A stretch of 63,223 nt of DNA, counting the filler, from Reticulomyxa filosa (Eukaryota > Protista > Foraminifera), in NCBI GenBank assembly GCA_000512085.1. It is 11 parts of 11 records of this genome, joined end to end, with 100 filler letters (N's around TTAATTAATTAA, not from the genome) between each part and the next. Parts side by side here need not be neighbours in the genome. Positions count along the whole stretch, not along the records: positions 51,685 to 61,931 come from ASPP01007096.1; positions 62,032 to 63,223 come from ASPP01025749.1; 9 more parts are not named here. One strand, 5' to 3'. A program made the position numbers and the translations under genes. Positions 51,790 to 63,223 of this stretch are shown piece by piece (position 1 is the stretch's first letter; every line of letters starts with the position of its first letter). The notes under the pieces were generated by a model. It made no database searches. It was not told the DNA's origin and saw only the letters and a list, made by a program, of their open reading frames with translations.

Positions 51790-52185
51790 TTAATGATGAT
51801 AAAAGAGATGTTCCTGAGATTTATTGGATCAAGGGACATTCTGCAGATGCAGTGGCGAAGAAAGCAAGACTCAAAGCTGATATGGATTAACCTGATCTCT
51901 ATCGAAGACCAGATAAAAGCGTCGTTCCTAAATTTTCATGTACTGAACACATTCTTCGTGGAAGAAGGGAATAGACATTGGACGAATGAAGGAAATGAAT
52001 TGCAACCGCACAAGCACACGAAACATATTTACACAATCTGATTGAAGCCCAGTCATTTGAAAAGATCTTGCTCCACAAGTTGGAAGTACCGAACGCAGAT
52101 TTGTGTGCAGAGTGATTACAGGCAAATTGGGGTTGAATGGATTCCTGTTCAAGATTAAACGATCACAGACTGCACTTTCTTGGAC
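51790..52185 (+). mobile_element. LINE relic: RNase H C-terminus and C-terminal domain, same family as 97-3441
   Basis: EIYWIKGHS-ADAVAKKAR, NRHWTNEG, EAQSFEKILLHKL and VCRVITGKLGLNGFLFKIKRS align with the first element. Confidence 0.85.
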
Positions 52186-52439
52186 TAGACGACGTTTGAA
52201 ATACTTTTAAAATTTCCTTCAAAAATTAAGAGATGTCGATATATCTTGACACTTCCAACCGCAATCTCTTTCAAAATACAACTTTTTAAGAAAAGTTAAT
52301 ATTAATGATGAAGGGGATATATTAATTTTTTTTTTTTGGAAGGGTGATTATCCTGTAGAGAGAGCAAAAAGAATTGCAAGTTGATGATGAAGTGAGATAG
52401 TAGTCCGACGCTTGACACGCTCCCACTGCAATCCATCTA

Positions 52440-53770
52440 AAAAAAAAAGACTCTTTTAACTTCTTATATTTGATATCCATAATCTTCCAGTTTCTCCTTG
52501 ATTTCATCATCGCTTTCGCGAGTTTATACTAATCAAAGCATGACATATTTATTCACTTTAGGATTATTCACGCTTTTTCTTTTGTTCAGCAGCAAATCTG
52601 TTGCTTTACAATTCTTTATTTACAGTCTTGATTTTATTTTTGTCCACTCTTGGCATCATGAAGTTATGAGCTAGTTGAATTAGCTGCTCATTTACATCAA
52701 TTGCAAAATGAACATGAAATTTTCAGAAAGTGTATGCGCTAATACTTTTCTGGACATTCTTGTTTCTCAATCATGTTTTTCTTCCACACATTTTCAAATT
52801 TGACTTAATGTTGAATATTGATTCTTTGCTTTCTTCACAATGCCATCAGTTAATCCACTATCTGGCTTTTTTCGTTTTGTGGCTGTTCTGGTGTCATTTG
52901 TGTCGACGTCCATATCATTGATCGACATTATTTTGGATTGTCGTTGTTGGTTTTTGTAATCATGCATATTCAATGTACAATGCCACCATGCATACTGTCA
53001 TTTATTTCACTATTTGCAGACATGTTCGGAAGTGTATTTAACATGCCTGCCTTACCATTAGATTGGGTTCTTGATCCAATTCCAAGTGTGGTATTTTGTC
53101 CCGACATGGATTGCAATAGATCCGATTATGGTCAAAACACCTTGCCTTGATCGCTTTCACAAGCCTTGTTATCAGATAGTGGATTTCGGTTTTGCCCGAT
53201 GTTCAGTAGAAGTTACCCGCCATCATAGTTCTGCCAAACACAAAAACCTGATATTTGCCTCGAGATTGCCAATTTCTCAAAGGCGTCAAACATTCTTAAG
53301 GCAAGCAAGGTTCAATCTTCTCCCGCAAGCCTCCCGTTTCTAGTAAAAGGGTTACTATCCCAGTTACCATGAGTTTGCACATTTGTACTTTTAAAGCGAT
53401 TTAGGTCAACATGCACGTGAAGTTCAAACAAACACTTCCACATCTCAAAGTCACACAGATGCTGAACAAACTACACCCCCGAAAACGAATTGCAACAAAA
53501 AATGTTGCTAAAAAGTAACAAAATGGATTGATGAAGTCACACTCCACTAACAACAGTACAAAATCCAACTAATATATCACTATAAAAAAAATGTTTATAC
53601 TATTTAAAAAATTTCTTCTTACTGGCCCGAAAAGTCTTGATGAACTTTCTTGTGCGAAACGACGTTAGAACTTAGTATATTTCAAAATATTCTTCAAAAC
53701 TTAATAGATGCCGAAATATCTTGACATTACAATCTTCAAAACACAACTTTTTAAAGTGGTAAATATTAAT
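52440..53770 (-). mobile_element. LINE relic: 5' end and degenerate ORF1
   Basis: Shared 5' motif at 53684-53756. VHFAIDV and NPKVNKYVML...EIKEKLEDYGY match VHFSVEM and NPDINRCILM...RIQQAIKDCGY of the first element. Confidence 0.7.
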
Positions 53771-53779
53771 TTTTTGTTT

Positions 53780-54250
53780 AGTTCAATTCATTTTCCCAAT
53801 ATCGATTCAATTCTTCAGTGAAAATTGATTCAATCCATGAAAATTTAGTAATGTATTTGTTCGGCATGGTCTTCTGAACAAATTATGTTGATCAAATTCT
53901 ACTTGTAATCTTGCATTCTTCACCATGCATCTGCTCGTTTGTTTTCAGCGATTCCAGAATGTCCTTTGATTTAATAAATTTCAGTAACGTCATTATTTCT
54001 TCTCTGAATTGCATTTTTTGTGAATCGCATACTAGCACCCAAATGTTAAATATCCAATCTTTTTTGATGCTTTTCTATAAATAGCTGATTTGTTGCTAGA
54101 ATATCATCTGTTGATAAACAATTAATTTTAAATATTTCACATGTTATGCTTCTTCAATATCACTTCAATCTAATTTTAATTTTCTTTGTTTTTCATCTTA
54201 AACTTAATCTATTGTGTTTTATCTGAAACTAATAACATTTTCCATTTTTA
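53780..54250 (-). mobile_element. LINE relic: RT-thumb remnant joined to RNase H C-terminus
   Basis: VKYLKLIVYQQMIF*QQISYL (VKYLG-type motif), then DVTEIY*IKGHSGIAENKRADA...LLNFHGLN...ELNRYWENE. Confidence 0.75.
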
Positions 54251-54806
54251 TTCATATAATGATTGGCACGTTATCTAAACTAAATACATTTTGCATTCTC
54301 AACGATACATATGTATTATTTAAAATAGTCTTAAATAAATGTTGATTTTTCATCAAGAAATACATTAATCTCAATTTGTCCATTTTAGTTTGATCTTTTT
54401 TTTGTAATTCTAATAATTTATAATTCTTTTTTTGACACTAATTTTCACATATATTGTAACAATAAATTTGAAGTTTTTAGTTTATTTCTCTATTGAATAA
54501 CTTTATTCTTCAATTACATATAATCTTTGAAATAATTGTTTACTCTTTTTTGTTGCTTTTTCAAATAACGTGCTATGTTTCTTTGTTAATAATCAAAAAG
54601 ACAATCACAAAATTAGCTTTTATACTTGATTTAAAAAATAGTTTATTTGATGAATATTTGGAGTTATGCAGTATTTTGATACGGAAAATTGAATAAACAT
54701 AGGCGAAACTATAACATATTTGTGTGCAGACAAAAACGCTCAAGGATTCGATATTGCACGAAAAAAATCAAATGACAATTTATTTTTTTTTTATGTAACT
54801 CAAACT

Positions 54807-57800
54807 TTATGCCAAACGTTCCATTAATTTTTTTATTTCTGCATCTTTTTGTACAATTACATCTACCGCAGCTTCATATCTTAAGGTTAGTTGCGACACT
54901 TCATAGCCCATAGTTCGACACCTTTGTTCATACTTTAACCTGTTTGTGGTGACAAATATCGAAATGAACGCATGTCAAGAAAAGAGAAGACAAATTAAAA
55001 AGGTAACAGTGATTCGTTGTCCGATTTGAGCTTGACAATTTCATCTGATAATTGGTCATTCGAGTGTTGTAAGTAATTTAATCTTTGTTTGAGTGCTTCA
55101 AGCTCTCCATCTTTTTGTCGCAATTCATTGGTGATGCGTGATATTGTCCATACATTAACCCCAGAGACTTTCTTTTTACTTTGTTCTGATTGATCTTTGG
55201 ACGACAAGTTTGTCGAGCCGCCAGTTCTTTCAGTCAGATGTTCAATGTCCTCCGTTTCCTCTTGATTTTCAAACAAACTGTTCTGTACAGTGTTCAAAAC
55301 ATAGGCAATAAATGATATTTCCAAGAAAGACAGGAAAAAAACAGACCAAAAGATCCTTGGGACTAGTTGATTCCTTTGTATTTTCAGAATCATTGGAGGA
55401 GAGCGGGAGTGAATTTTCGTTATTATTTTTTTGATTTTTTGCGACAAGGAGTTCATAATCATGGAGTTTCGACTGCAAAATGTTAATTGTTTTTTCCAAC
55501 GAGTTTTTCTTGGCTCGTTCGTTACTTAATGTTTCCTCCCATTTGTTTTTGTTGGATTCAAATTGTCCATAGGACTGTTGTAGATTTTCTTCCAATACTT
55601 TTCTGTCAGCTTCGATTTTTTTGAGTTTATTTAGATTCATGTTATACTCCATCGAAAGATCGTCATATTTGATATTTAAATTATCCATTTGATCGTTCAA
55701 AGTATCCCATTTTGTTTTTAGTTCCTTGTTTTCAGCTTTCAAATTGTTCAATTGGATTGCATATTTGCTTTGTTCGCTGCGCAAGTTCTCGCATTCATTT
55801 TCGTAGCTTGTCTTATTGGTTAATAGATCATTCACTTCATTTTCTAATTCCCGAATTCTAACACGAAAACAGCAAATGACAAAAGCATTTGTTTGATGCG
55901 ACAATTGAAATGAAACAAACAAAACACCTCTTTCGCAAAGATTTTTCCAAATCGTTCCAAATGTCTTCTTTGTGGGAATGAGCGGCACGCAATGACTCAA
56001 TTTGTCGCAATAAAGGCCGAGTGGCACTCGGGATTTCGCTCGCAAGTTCTTCGTTTCTTTGTTCGGCCAATTGTCGCATTTGCTTTTCTTCGTCTCTTTC
56101 TTTTATCAATCGCTCCTCTTTTGTGCGCGCTCGATGTTCCAATCGAATGATTTCTTGTCGTAATTCTTGGATTTCTTTCAACATCACCGATTCCTTTTCT
56201 TGTGTGTTTTGATAATCCATCACACTTTGTTTGGCATCTCGAATTTGCATTTGGTATTTGCTGATTTCGGCCTCCTTTCTTTCGATTATTTGAACATACT
56301 CATCGCGTTCAATTTCAAGTGCTCGGATCTTTTCACTCAATTCGTTTAGTTTTTGATTGCTTTGAGCGATTTGGGCTTTCAACTCCGTGTTCAGAGTCTG
56401 TAGCAATTTGTTTTTCTCGGTTATCGATCCAGAGTCTTCGTTTTGCTTTGTCAAATTCCCCAACAATTCTGTGATTCGATTCTGTCCGTTGTGTTCAAAC
56501 GAAATGCTTATTTTTATTTTGACAAAGGAAAAAACAAAAGGGAGAGAGAATATGATGGAAATTTCTGGAAACCTCTTGGGCTGACACTTTGGTTTGCAAA
56601 AGGGCAATTTCCATATCTTTGGAAGACAACGTGTCTTTGTGCCTTTTGACTTTTTTTTCCAACTCGCTACATTGATTTGCCCACTCTTGTCCCTCTTTCA
56701 TCACTTCTTCGATTTCCTTTGCCTTCTTTTGCAACAGGTTCTGCAACTCATTCTGAACATCGCCTTGCGTATTTTGGCTGGCACTTTCCAATGCACGTAT
56801 CTCCGTTCGCATTTTTCTATGTTTCATGTCGATCTCTTCAATGGACAGCGGAATTGTTCACAGAATACGTATGCATAATACAAATATGTGTAAATATAGG
56901 AAACTCTTGATAAGAAAGGAATTGATTTTGCAAAGAAGAATAGTTCTGTTGCAATTGTGAATGATCAGCGGAGCATCTGTCCAATTGTGCTTTGATATCC
57001 TCGATACTTTTGTTTTGAGCAGTGATTGTCTGTTTACTTTGTTCCAATTCACTTTCGAGACGAGTGATGTCATTCTCCTTTTGTCGCACTATTGTCTCGT
57101 AATGTTGGCCTTGAGTTTGCTTTGCTCTGTCCATTTCATTTTTCAATTGATTGAGTGACTCTACCAATGTGCGATTCTCTGCTTCCAATGTGTGAATGTG
57201 TTGTCTCGTCGCGTCTTCTTCTTTGTTCAATTTCGCACTTTGCAATAAGTCATTGTAACTTTGTTGCAATGCACACAACTGTTTTTCGAACATTTCGCAT
57301 TGCTCTGTCAATTGTCTGTTTTTCTCTTTCAATTGCTTTTCTGTTTCTATCAATGTCTGTATTTGCGTCGTTGGCTGTTCCTCGTTATTGTATTCTTTGT
57401 CCTTGCTTGCTTTGTGTGATAGACTATATACACATATACATAAATATATAAACATATATATATTTATTTATATATTTATTTATATATTTATGTATATGCA
57501 TATGTGTACGAGATATGAAAACTCTTCAATGTGTTGTTTTAATTCACGAATTTCTGTTTGGAAATTATCCAATTGTTTAGTCAAACTAGTTTTGTCCTGT
57601 GTCAATTCTAATATTTCTTTCTTTTTATTTTCAAGTTCGCACTCATAATTCATTAAATGGTCTGTGCATTGGTTTCGTTCACTCAGTGCTTGTATCGCAT
57701 TAGCTTTCAATGCGTTGTTTAGTATCTTCAATTTGTCACATTGCTCTTTTGTCCTATCCAATCATTTCCTTTCATTGTTATCTGTTTGAATTTATTCTTT

Positions 57801-58480
57801 TTTTTTTTTATACAATTAACTGTTTGTGCTCTACTTCCAATGCATCATATAACTGTTCCAATCTCTGGTATTTGTCTTCGTTGTCTTTTTCACTTGCTTC
57901 ACTTTTTGCTTGGCTTCCATTCGTCGTTTGTGTCATCATTTGGTCGCGTGTCAACATATCACCGTGTTGCTGTTGCAACGGTGGCGTTGGCGACGTCTGT
58001 TCATTTTTTTCCAATGCATTTGCATACCTTCCATTTTTATCCTTGTTTTTTTTTTTACACCAAAACAAGTACCTCAATGTCCGACATTTCCGTTGGTGCT
58101 ATGAGATCATCGTTAGAGACTTCTTGTGTATCTTGTGATTGTGACTGTGCCTGTGGTTGTGATTGTGATTGTGCTTGCAGTTGTGATTGTAGCTGTGATT
58201 GTGGCTGTGACTGTAGCTGTGACTGTAGCTGCGGTTGTTGTTCTGATTCTGTCAATAAGGTTTCTTCTGCGTTATTGGAAGCAGTATTGCCATTTTCAGT
58301 TCCTAACGTCCAAATATTGTCCAGCAGTGACGACTGCGAAGCAGGTTTTTGAACGGCTGTGGCTGTTTTAGGAGTAGTTGCAGAGGGAGTGGACGATGTT
58401 GGTTGTGTTTGTTGCAAACGTTGTGATACTTCTCCAACAAATCCTTGAAAATCCTTGGCCCAATCATTAAAAAATGACAT
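54807..58480 (-). CDS. TMF1: TATA element modulatory factor 1 / Sgm1-like golgin (multi-exon)
   Basis: Long coiled coil with AEQRNEELASEIPSATRPLLRQIESL, C-terminal ELRQKDGELEALK...LSDEIVKL...RYEAAVDVIVQK, and a golgin-type start MSFFNDW. Confidence 0.85.
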
Positions 58481-59004
58481 TTTGAACGACCCCTTTTTCT
58501 TTTTAAGATAGTAAGCTTAAAACTAAGACAAACACAGTTTATTGATGACTGTAATGCTTTCGCAAACACAAAAGAATCCTATTTAATGGCCGTACAAAAT
58601 TAATAATGCAAGAATTGCAGATGTCATGACTTTTTTTTTGAAGTGACACCCAATTGACTACTTGAAAGTGCATACACAGGATTTGAAGATGATCACAACA
58701 ACTAGACAAACCATGACAACGAGTTGAGGAAGCAAAAGAATTCGTCCCATGATGACAGCAAAACAAAAAGGAAAGTTACAAACCAACATGCTTCAGCTCA
58801 ACAACAAAATAAAAAATATTATTTTCTTATAAGGAACGTACCAAAGCAAAAAAAAAAAAAAAAAATAATAGAAAAATGCATACGAACATATTACGCAAAG
58901 AAAAGAAAAAAAACACAAAACAACACAGTAAAAACGACTACAAAAAAGAATACACAATGTTCATTGTTTTAATCTAAAACACAAGTTTGGTCCTTCGTGT
59001 TTCG

Positions 59005-60616
59005 TTAATCGTATTTGGCTAAAGGAGGGCGCACTCGTTCATGATACAAATACTTTACCTTCCCCGAGTCCAAACGAACAGCGGTTGGTTTAAGTTTTGC
59101 TCCGTTTTCCAACAAGCGCAGAACTATCTTGGCGATGTCGTCTGAGCAAAGTGAGATATATCAAGTGTTACATTATTATTATTTTTGCATTGGAATTGAA
59201 AAACAAGATATATGCGTATACATAAAGACAATGACATACTTGCTTTGTCCATGCCAAAGGAATAAGGACAAGAACTATCAATCTTCAAGAATCGAAGCAA
59301 TGGCTTCACTCCATAGCAATTTGCGATTTTGGTGCGATAAAAATTCAAGCAAAAGTCTTTGATGTTCAGCCACTCGTTGAAGCAGTCGGGAACCTGCATC
59401 TTGTTTCGATGACATTGCAACGGGAGTTGAGTTATTATGTCCTATAGTGAGCACGTGCGACGTACAAGACATTGAACATGCATGTATCAAATATGGAAAT
59501 CAAAACGTACCCAATTGCCACAAATGGCAAACAGCACGGTTTTGGAACGATGAGTTGGATTTGATCGATCGGATTTGGCCATCCCTCCTCCGATTCCCAG
59601 TTTGGACAGTTCCAATTGCATTCCCGTCAAAGCCTCGCTCAGCGTCACCGCATTGGACTTGGCGTTGATCTCTCCTGCGCCTTGATAGTCGGCCACACAC
59701 ACCGATCGAACAAACTGGTGGTAGCGACAAACCTCCTCTCGAGTCGTGCAATCGAGGACAATCGATGACAGCTCTTGGATCTCTTCCTTGCCTTCGGTGT
59801 GAAAGATGGCAACAAAGTCGTAGTCTTCTTTCCATCGTTCTTCCCAAGTCTGTCGACTTTTCCACCGTTGTTGGCGTTCGATTATTTTGTCTGATTCTTT
59901 GTATATTTTATGTTTTATGTTTTATGTGTTATGTGTTATGTGTTATGTGTTATGTGTTACGTGTTATTTTTCAAACAAGGATTTGACAATATAATTTGAC
60001 AATATAATTTGACAATATAATTTAACAATATAATTTAACAATACAATTAAATGATATAATTTAACAATGTAATTCAACAATATAATTAAATAATACAATT
60101 AAATAATACAATTAAACACATATACAAACCATGAAACCATCGACACTTGTCTCCAAGTGGACAGAAACCACTAGCAAAGTCTTTGCATAGACTGCCATTC
60201 CGCACACGACCGCCGTGAAATGTCTTCTTATCAATGCTATGCGACGGTGGACGGGAGATCTCAAACGTCCTGTAGCCGGATTCCCACTCGCATACCCCCA
60301 CCACTGGCACCACACTGTTGCTCACGCTCGCATTGGCCAATGCCACCATCCGCTCCTTATTGTCGTTGTCGTTGTTTGGCTGTCGTGTCATAGCTCGACT
60401 AGGATCAAAACAACGTACGTCCAAGCTTGGAGTTGGAGTGAAAATCAGAGGGTATTGCACATTATTCACTGCTCCGCAGTTCGCAAGAGCATTTATCCAG
60501 AAAATTGACTGTAACTCATTTTCCATATTGCAGCTCATAACTCCTCCAGTCCTCTGATTTTGTGGCTGAGCCAACGACACTGTACCCGTTGTCGGGATAA
60601 ACTTGAATAAATCCAT
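59005..60616 (-). CDS. CCCH zinc finger + ERI1-like DEDDh exonuclease domain with degenerate catalytic residues
   Basis: Exons 60616-60130, 59890-59511, 59441-59240 and 59141-59005 (all GT-AG) give one ORF: CKDFASGFCPLGDKCRWFH; YDFVAIFHTEGKEEIQEL; YHQFVR; FAICGNW/DIITQLPLQC...FNEWLNIKDFCLNFY; SFGMDKA/NDIAKIVLRLLENG. Confidence 0.85.
59905..60115. repeat. Intronic tandem repeats: 7-bp (tatgtgt)n and 13-bp (tttgacaatataa)n
   Basis: Directly visible inside intron 59891-60129. Confidence 0.9.
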
Positions 60617-61073
60617 GTTGGACACAGATTCATTGTATTCAGCGCAAACAAAGAAACCTTGTTGAATTTGGAACAACACAAGTGTTTGTTGAGAAAAATT
60701 AGAACACCGGTTTTTTAAACAGCCTTTTTTTAAAAGGGCCCTCCCCGTTTAAGAACTTGGTACACGCTTGTTAAAAACCTAAAATATGTCTTAAAATCCA
60801 ATTCAGAGCTTAATGCTAAATCTTCACTAGATAATTTGGATTCTAATACATCGTTTTCCTTTTAATATACTTTTAAGTGCTCGATATTGGGTGATCTAAT
60901 TGATGCCATGAAGAAGAAATGGAAAATATTCTTATTTTTTTGTGCCGTGTCTTTTGAGACAATGATGAGAGTTCTTTTGAAAATACCCGCCTTGAACAAG
61001 AAAAAGAGCACATCAACAAACAAATAGTTTTTTAAAAAAAAAGAGCAAACAACGAGATCAAGGCGTTGCTTGA

Positions 61074-61875
61074 TTATCCCATGTTTGTCTCAAAGCGAAG
61101 AGCACGGAGCTCTCTTTCAAGTCGGGCGATTTTGGTTTGTGATTCATTTAAAATCGTGATAATTTCTGGATCGACTTTGGGCCCTTTGTGTTTGTCTACC
61201 AACACGCCTCTCATTGTTTTTATACTTTGCAGGGTTTCATTGGCGTCTTTCAAGGCATTTTTGGCTTCGTCATTATCGGTGTATGACTTACTCCTTAACT
61301 TTGAGACAATTCCATCCACTTTCTCCAATAAAGCCATGAAGTCATTTGTGACCTCTGACTGCAATGAGTCTTGAATATGGAAGTATTCAGTCTGGACTTC
61401 GTCATCCGCTATTTTATTTATTTATTTGTTTATTCCCCACTTGTGTTGCGAAGGATTCTCTTCAAAGATGTGTGTGTATGTGTTTGAAGACTCAACCCAT
61501 TTCCAACTCAGTCACATTGAATGCCTTTTGATACGAGGTTTCGAGCATCCATTCGCCATTATCGTAAATAATTTCGCAGTCGATAAATCCATGTAAATCT
61601 GCCACGTGCTTGCGGAACATTGCCGCTTCCTCACGTGGGAAATGTAAGTCTTTTTTGACAAAGCTGCAAACAGCATAGAAAACAGATTAAAGTGTATTGT
61701 TAAGCCGTGTAATGTTTGAAGGACAAATGTGTCTGTGACAAGCATGTAACTCGTCTTTGGGATTGTTGGTGACAATGAGACCAGTTGGAATGTTCCTGAC
61801 GATTCCAACACGGTCCCCTTTTCGAATCTTCACAAGACTTCCTTCGGGAGGTACGTGGTGTTCCAGAAAAGGTAA
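61074..61875 (-). CDS. Hypothetical protein, last three exons, with C-terminal coiled coil
   Basis: Spliced frame LPFLEHHVPPEGSLVKIRKGDRVGIVR.../FVKKDLHFPREE.../ADDEVQTEY...ERELRALRFETNMG* via two GT-AG introns. Confidence 0.65.
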
Positions 61876-62031
61876 CTTTTTTGAGTATATGGTATTATAT
61901 TATGTTGTGTTGTATTGTATTGTGTTGTGTTNNNNNNNNNNNNNNNNNNNNNNNNNNNNNNNNNNNNNNNNNNNNTTAATTAATTAANNNNNNNNNNNNN
62001 NNNNNNNNNNNNNNNNNNNNNNNNNNNNNNN

Positions 62032-63223
62032 AAATGGATGAAATGGTGGAAAGAGAGAAATGAAAAAGAGAAGAAAGAAATTATTAATCAATTTAAACAA
62101 TTGAAACATAATGATTTTGAAAAATGGTTATTAAATGATAGTAAATGGAAAGACAACTTGAAACAAGAAAATTTATCTGCAATTCGTGGTGCGATTGAAG
62201 CTTATATTATTTATTTTCCTTCTGAAGAAGTTTTGTTTTTTTTAGCATTACAAAAAACAAGCGAAAACATGAATTGTTTGTTACATAGAACAACGATGAA
62301 AAAAAAGATAATGAAATTAATCAAGTTATTTTTATTTCTCTTTTTTTCCCAATTATTATCCTTCAAAAATACGATAATCATAGGAAATATTAAAATAATA
62401 AAAGACAATAGTATTTGTGCAAGTAAATGATAAGAAAATATCAATATATTTAAAAGAATTGACATTAAACGAGCTACTTCGTCAATGTTATTATTGTTTA
62501 GATGAAAAAGATTTTACAAAGTTGTCAAAAATGAAAATGGATGTGGTCGATATGAATGATAATATGATTGAATCAGATGAAGATGTAATGAGAGTGTTAA
62601 AATTAAAAGATCCAACATTTAAATTAACTTGGACTCATTCAGGAGAAAAAAAAATAATAAGAAATGCATTGGTTATGATGATCGCGATAAGTGAATATAA
62701 TGAAGGATTGGAATGGGAAAGTCTTAAAAATGTAAAAGATAAAGATATTACAAATTTCAAAAAATTATTTGAAGAAGAATTAAAGTATGATTTTGTATGT
62801 AATGATACACCAAATATGACACAAGAAGATGTAAAAGATTATACTGAATCAACAATAATAAATAAGAAACTAAGAAAAAATATAAACAAATATGATGGTT
62901 TGATTATAATTATTTGTGGACATGGTGATGATGGAAACGTATTAGTAACAAGTGAAGGTAAGACAGTATCAATTGATGAAATTCATGTATCTTTTGATAG
63001 TAATAAAATGCCATCATTAAAAGACTGTCCTAAAATATTTATTATTGATGCTTGTCGTGGTCGAAGTGCACCTCACGCAGTTGAAATAAGAGGTTTAGAA
63101 AGTAATGTAAAACCACACCAAATATATGGTCATAATGATGATGGATTTTTAACTATTTGGTCAACCACAAAAGGTCATGTTGTTGCTAATTATTCATTAT
63201 TAAGTGAAACTATGAAAGATGTG
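62032..63223 (+). CDS. Caspase-like (clan CD, C14) protease with upstream PB1-like domain, partial
   Basis: Stop-free frame 62405-63223, absent from the ORF track: NALVMMIAISEY, YDGLIIIICGHG (His 62921-62923), PKIFIIDACRG (Cys 63053-63055), GFLTIWSTTKG. Upstream exons at 62038-62229 and ~62288-62323. Confidence 0.9.

Noticed and set aside
59985-60115. Iteron-like or CRISPR-like 13-bp repeats
   Set aside because: Degenerating head-to-tail minisatellite inside a GT-AG intron.

Overview
This window is not one locus. It is 11 contig pieces joined by 10 artificial 100-bp linkers (N44-TTAATTAATTAA-N44). Ten pieces come from an AT-rich, intron-rich protist whose style most resembles the foraminiferan Reticulomyxa filosa (inference, no search run). 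One piece (46018-47269) is GC-rich alphaproteobacterial DNA carrying infC. Eukaryotic genes read from the sequence: F-box/Armadillo protein, GH65 glucosidase, SAM-domain low-complexity protein, DJ-1/Hsp31, 7TM-RGS, a coiled-coil protein, a GON4L/DUO3-like Myb protein, a ~3000-aa solenoid protein with RG repeats and a Tudor-like end, long-chain acyl-CoA synthetase, midasin C-terminus, NADP-GDH, TMF1 golgin, a CCCH-finger ERI-type exonuclease with a degenerate active site, and a caspase-like protease with a PB1-like domain that the ORF track misses. There are also Sec61-alpha and GH27 pseudogenes and at least four relics of one RNase H-bearing LINE family. The best leads are the PB1-like-caspase fusion, the pseudo-exonuclease, A-tract 3' splice sites, the giant solenoid protein and an RT-deleted LINE with a conserved 5' motif. 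Gene models were assembled by eye and family calls rest on recalled motifs.
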